From Raillietiella orientalis (taxonomy: Eukaryota), in contig JAYWIR010000029.1 in NCBI GenBank assembly GCA_036172245.1, positions 1,860,001 through 1,924,000 of the forward strand: a DNA stretch of 64,000 bases, written 5' to 3'. This document shows positions 62,201 through 64,000 of this stretch, in pieces. The first letter of the stretch is position 1. Every line of letters starts with the position of its first letter. The translations under genes and the position numbers were made by a program. Under the pieces are notes generated by a model. It was not told the DNA's origin. It saw only the letters and a list, made by a program, of their open reading frames with translations, and did not search any database.

Positions 62201-63505
62201 TGAAATATTGCAATGAATTCCTTAGAATGTCTTTGAAACAAAAGTCAACAGAAGTACAAACAAACTTTAAAGCACAAGAATCATAATGGTGAAGCCCAAG
62301 AATGACATGAAATTAAATAAATGAAACATAAAACACATGAACAAAAAAAATCAAATTCTTTATCCTTAACAAATGAAGTGTGAAGTACTCAAAAAAGTTT
62401 GTGAAGGTCTAAAAAATTTAGAATATAAAATGGATCCCTTGGATGCATTGCAGCTATTGGAAAAAATCATGAAAATACTTTAAATCTAAAGATCCTTAAA
62501 ATTCTAAAATCAATAGTGAAAACAAGTGATATATAAATGTTTTAAATCTCACTAATTCACCACCTCGCATAAAGATAACAATTATACACCAGCCAAGTTC
62601 CCAATCCAAGCTTCTATATCATCCCAGAACAAACCACTTTCATTTCCATGAAGGAAAATGAGCATTTTTACAACTGAATTCGTGCAAGAATGCAGATTCA
62701 GCACAAACGACAACCGATTACGATATCTTTGTAAATTCAAATTTAATTAAAGGCATCCGATCTCCCATTTGGTCAATCAGATGTTTATAAAAATCAGGTT
62801 AACAAATTTTCTCCTGGGTGAATGTTAGCACATAAGCATATAGAAATACACATGAAAGATGAGCCAGTTTTCAGCTTTTTATTATCTTTGTGAAAAATTT
62901 AATTTGTATATTGATATGACTTGATGATATCAAGTCACACCTACAGTCACCAGTCACCAGTATTTGAAACATCTTTTGGCTTCTGTAGCTAAAACGTAAA
63001 AACCAAAGTCATTTACCAAAACGAAGATTTGACCTAAATAATAAAACGTTTTCCTGAAAAGCTGCCTCAGTTATCCAAAAAGCACGTGCAAAGATAATGG
63101 AAAAATTAAGCTTTTCCTTTATACTATCTCATATAAGTTTGAATGCATATTTTAGTTCAAACGTGACCGCAACAGTGGAAACACTCGTTATATCTAAATA
63201 ATTTGCATGAGTTTACAAAACTGTTGATGGGTCGGAGCTTCGGCTGAACAGAGGGCTTGATTATTGAAAACATGACCTGGAACACTTGGAAATATGATCA
63301 AAATCAATCTGCTGTGAATATGTACCAAGCACATACTAGCATTAACAATATCTATCCAATTTTTTTCAGGGGGGGGGGATTATTTCAAAGAAGAATAATT
63401 CCTCTTTACATACTCTTCGAGAAATTCTTGGAATAGTTTTCGGCATTTAACTCCTAACTCGTCCTGAACATGTACATTTCTTACGTAAGCTTGTGATACA
63501 TCCAT
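59202..63505 (-). CDS. MCM6: DNA replication licensing factor MCM6; exons 63505-63414, 61835-61692, 61628-61364, 61320-61172, 61129-60874, 60829-59704, 59657-59535, 59492-59350, 59303-59202, 799 aa
   Basis: [32 protein letters not shown], Walker [17 protein letters not shown], arginine finger [22 protein letters not shown]-terminal LVCHPNF; exons sum to 2400 nt in frame. Confidence 0.98.
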
Positions 63506-64000
63506 TTAGACTATTCTTCCGATGGCAATCAAGAATAGCATTCAAAATACCAAATCATATATGCTCGATGTACATCAAGCACAAAACAAACCACACCATT
63601 CTTGCAACAAAACCAAGGGTGTGCACAACCTTAGAAGTTCCCGCCAAATTTCGGAACTTATGGCACCTGCCAAGTCTTTAGGTTTATTTAAAATTCAAAC
63701 TAATTCTTAATATCTTTGCAGGCATCGAAAAAAAGGCATGTGTGAAAAAATTAAATAGCGAAAACATTTCCTGCTTGACTTAGTAGTTTTGAGAACCATT
63801 CTGTATGAGAAAATAACGTTTGTTCCAGGAATATCTCAGACAAGGATAACGAGATTTACTCAAAAATTTATTAATTTTTTGTTTCGTAGATACCATGAAA
63901 TGAGTATTCAGTTAGTAGTTATAGATGATGGACTATAAAAACTTGAACTTTAAAACAAAAAGGTGTAACATGAAATTATTGCAAATTGTTTTTTCTCATT

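Overview
Eukaryotic nuclear DNA from an arthropod, most likely a crustacean (inference from CSP-family genes, an ETH-like neuropeptide and many 41-50 nt introns). Most entries in the ORF track are spurious GC-rich frames; the real genes are spliced and were reconstructed by hand. Genes found: two convergent chemosensory-protein (CSP)-like genes with an atypical 8-cysteine pattern, a SLAIN-family gene, NTAQ1, an orphan secreted protein with 26-aa repeats, a secreted protein with a CUB-like C-terminus, an intronless frameshifted DOT1L fragment, MRPL45, a divergent STAT5/STAT92E-type gene with a GC-AG intron, an ETH/carcikinin-like neuropeptide precursor and MCM6, whose 3' end abuts and probably overlaps the neuropeptide gene. 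Intergenic DNA is largely decayed transposons (LINEs, Penelope-like, Ty3/Gypsy, piggyBac, hAT), a tRNA-headed SINE family, a MITE and a 55-bp tandem repeat. The best novelty candidates are the 8-Cys CSP-like pair and the antisense neuropeptide/MCM6 overlap. All assignments are from motif recognition by eye; no database search was run.
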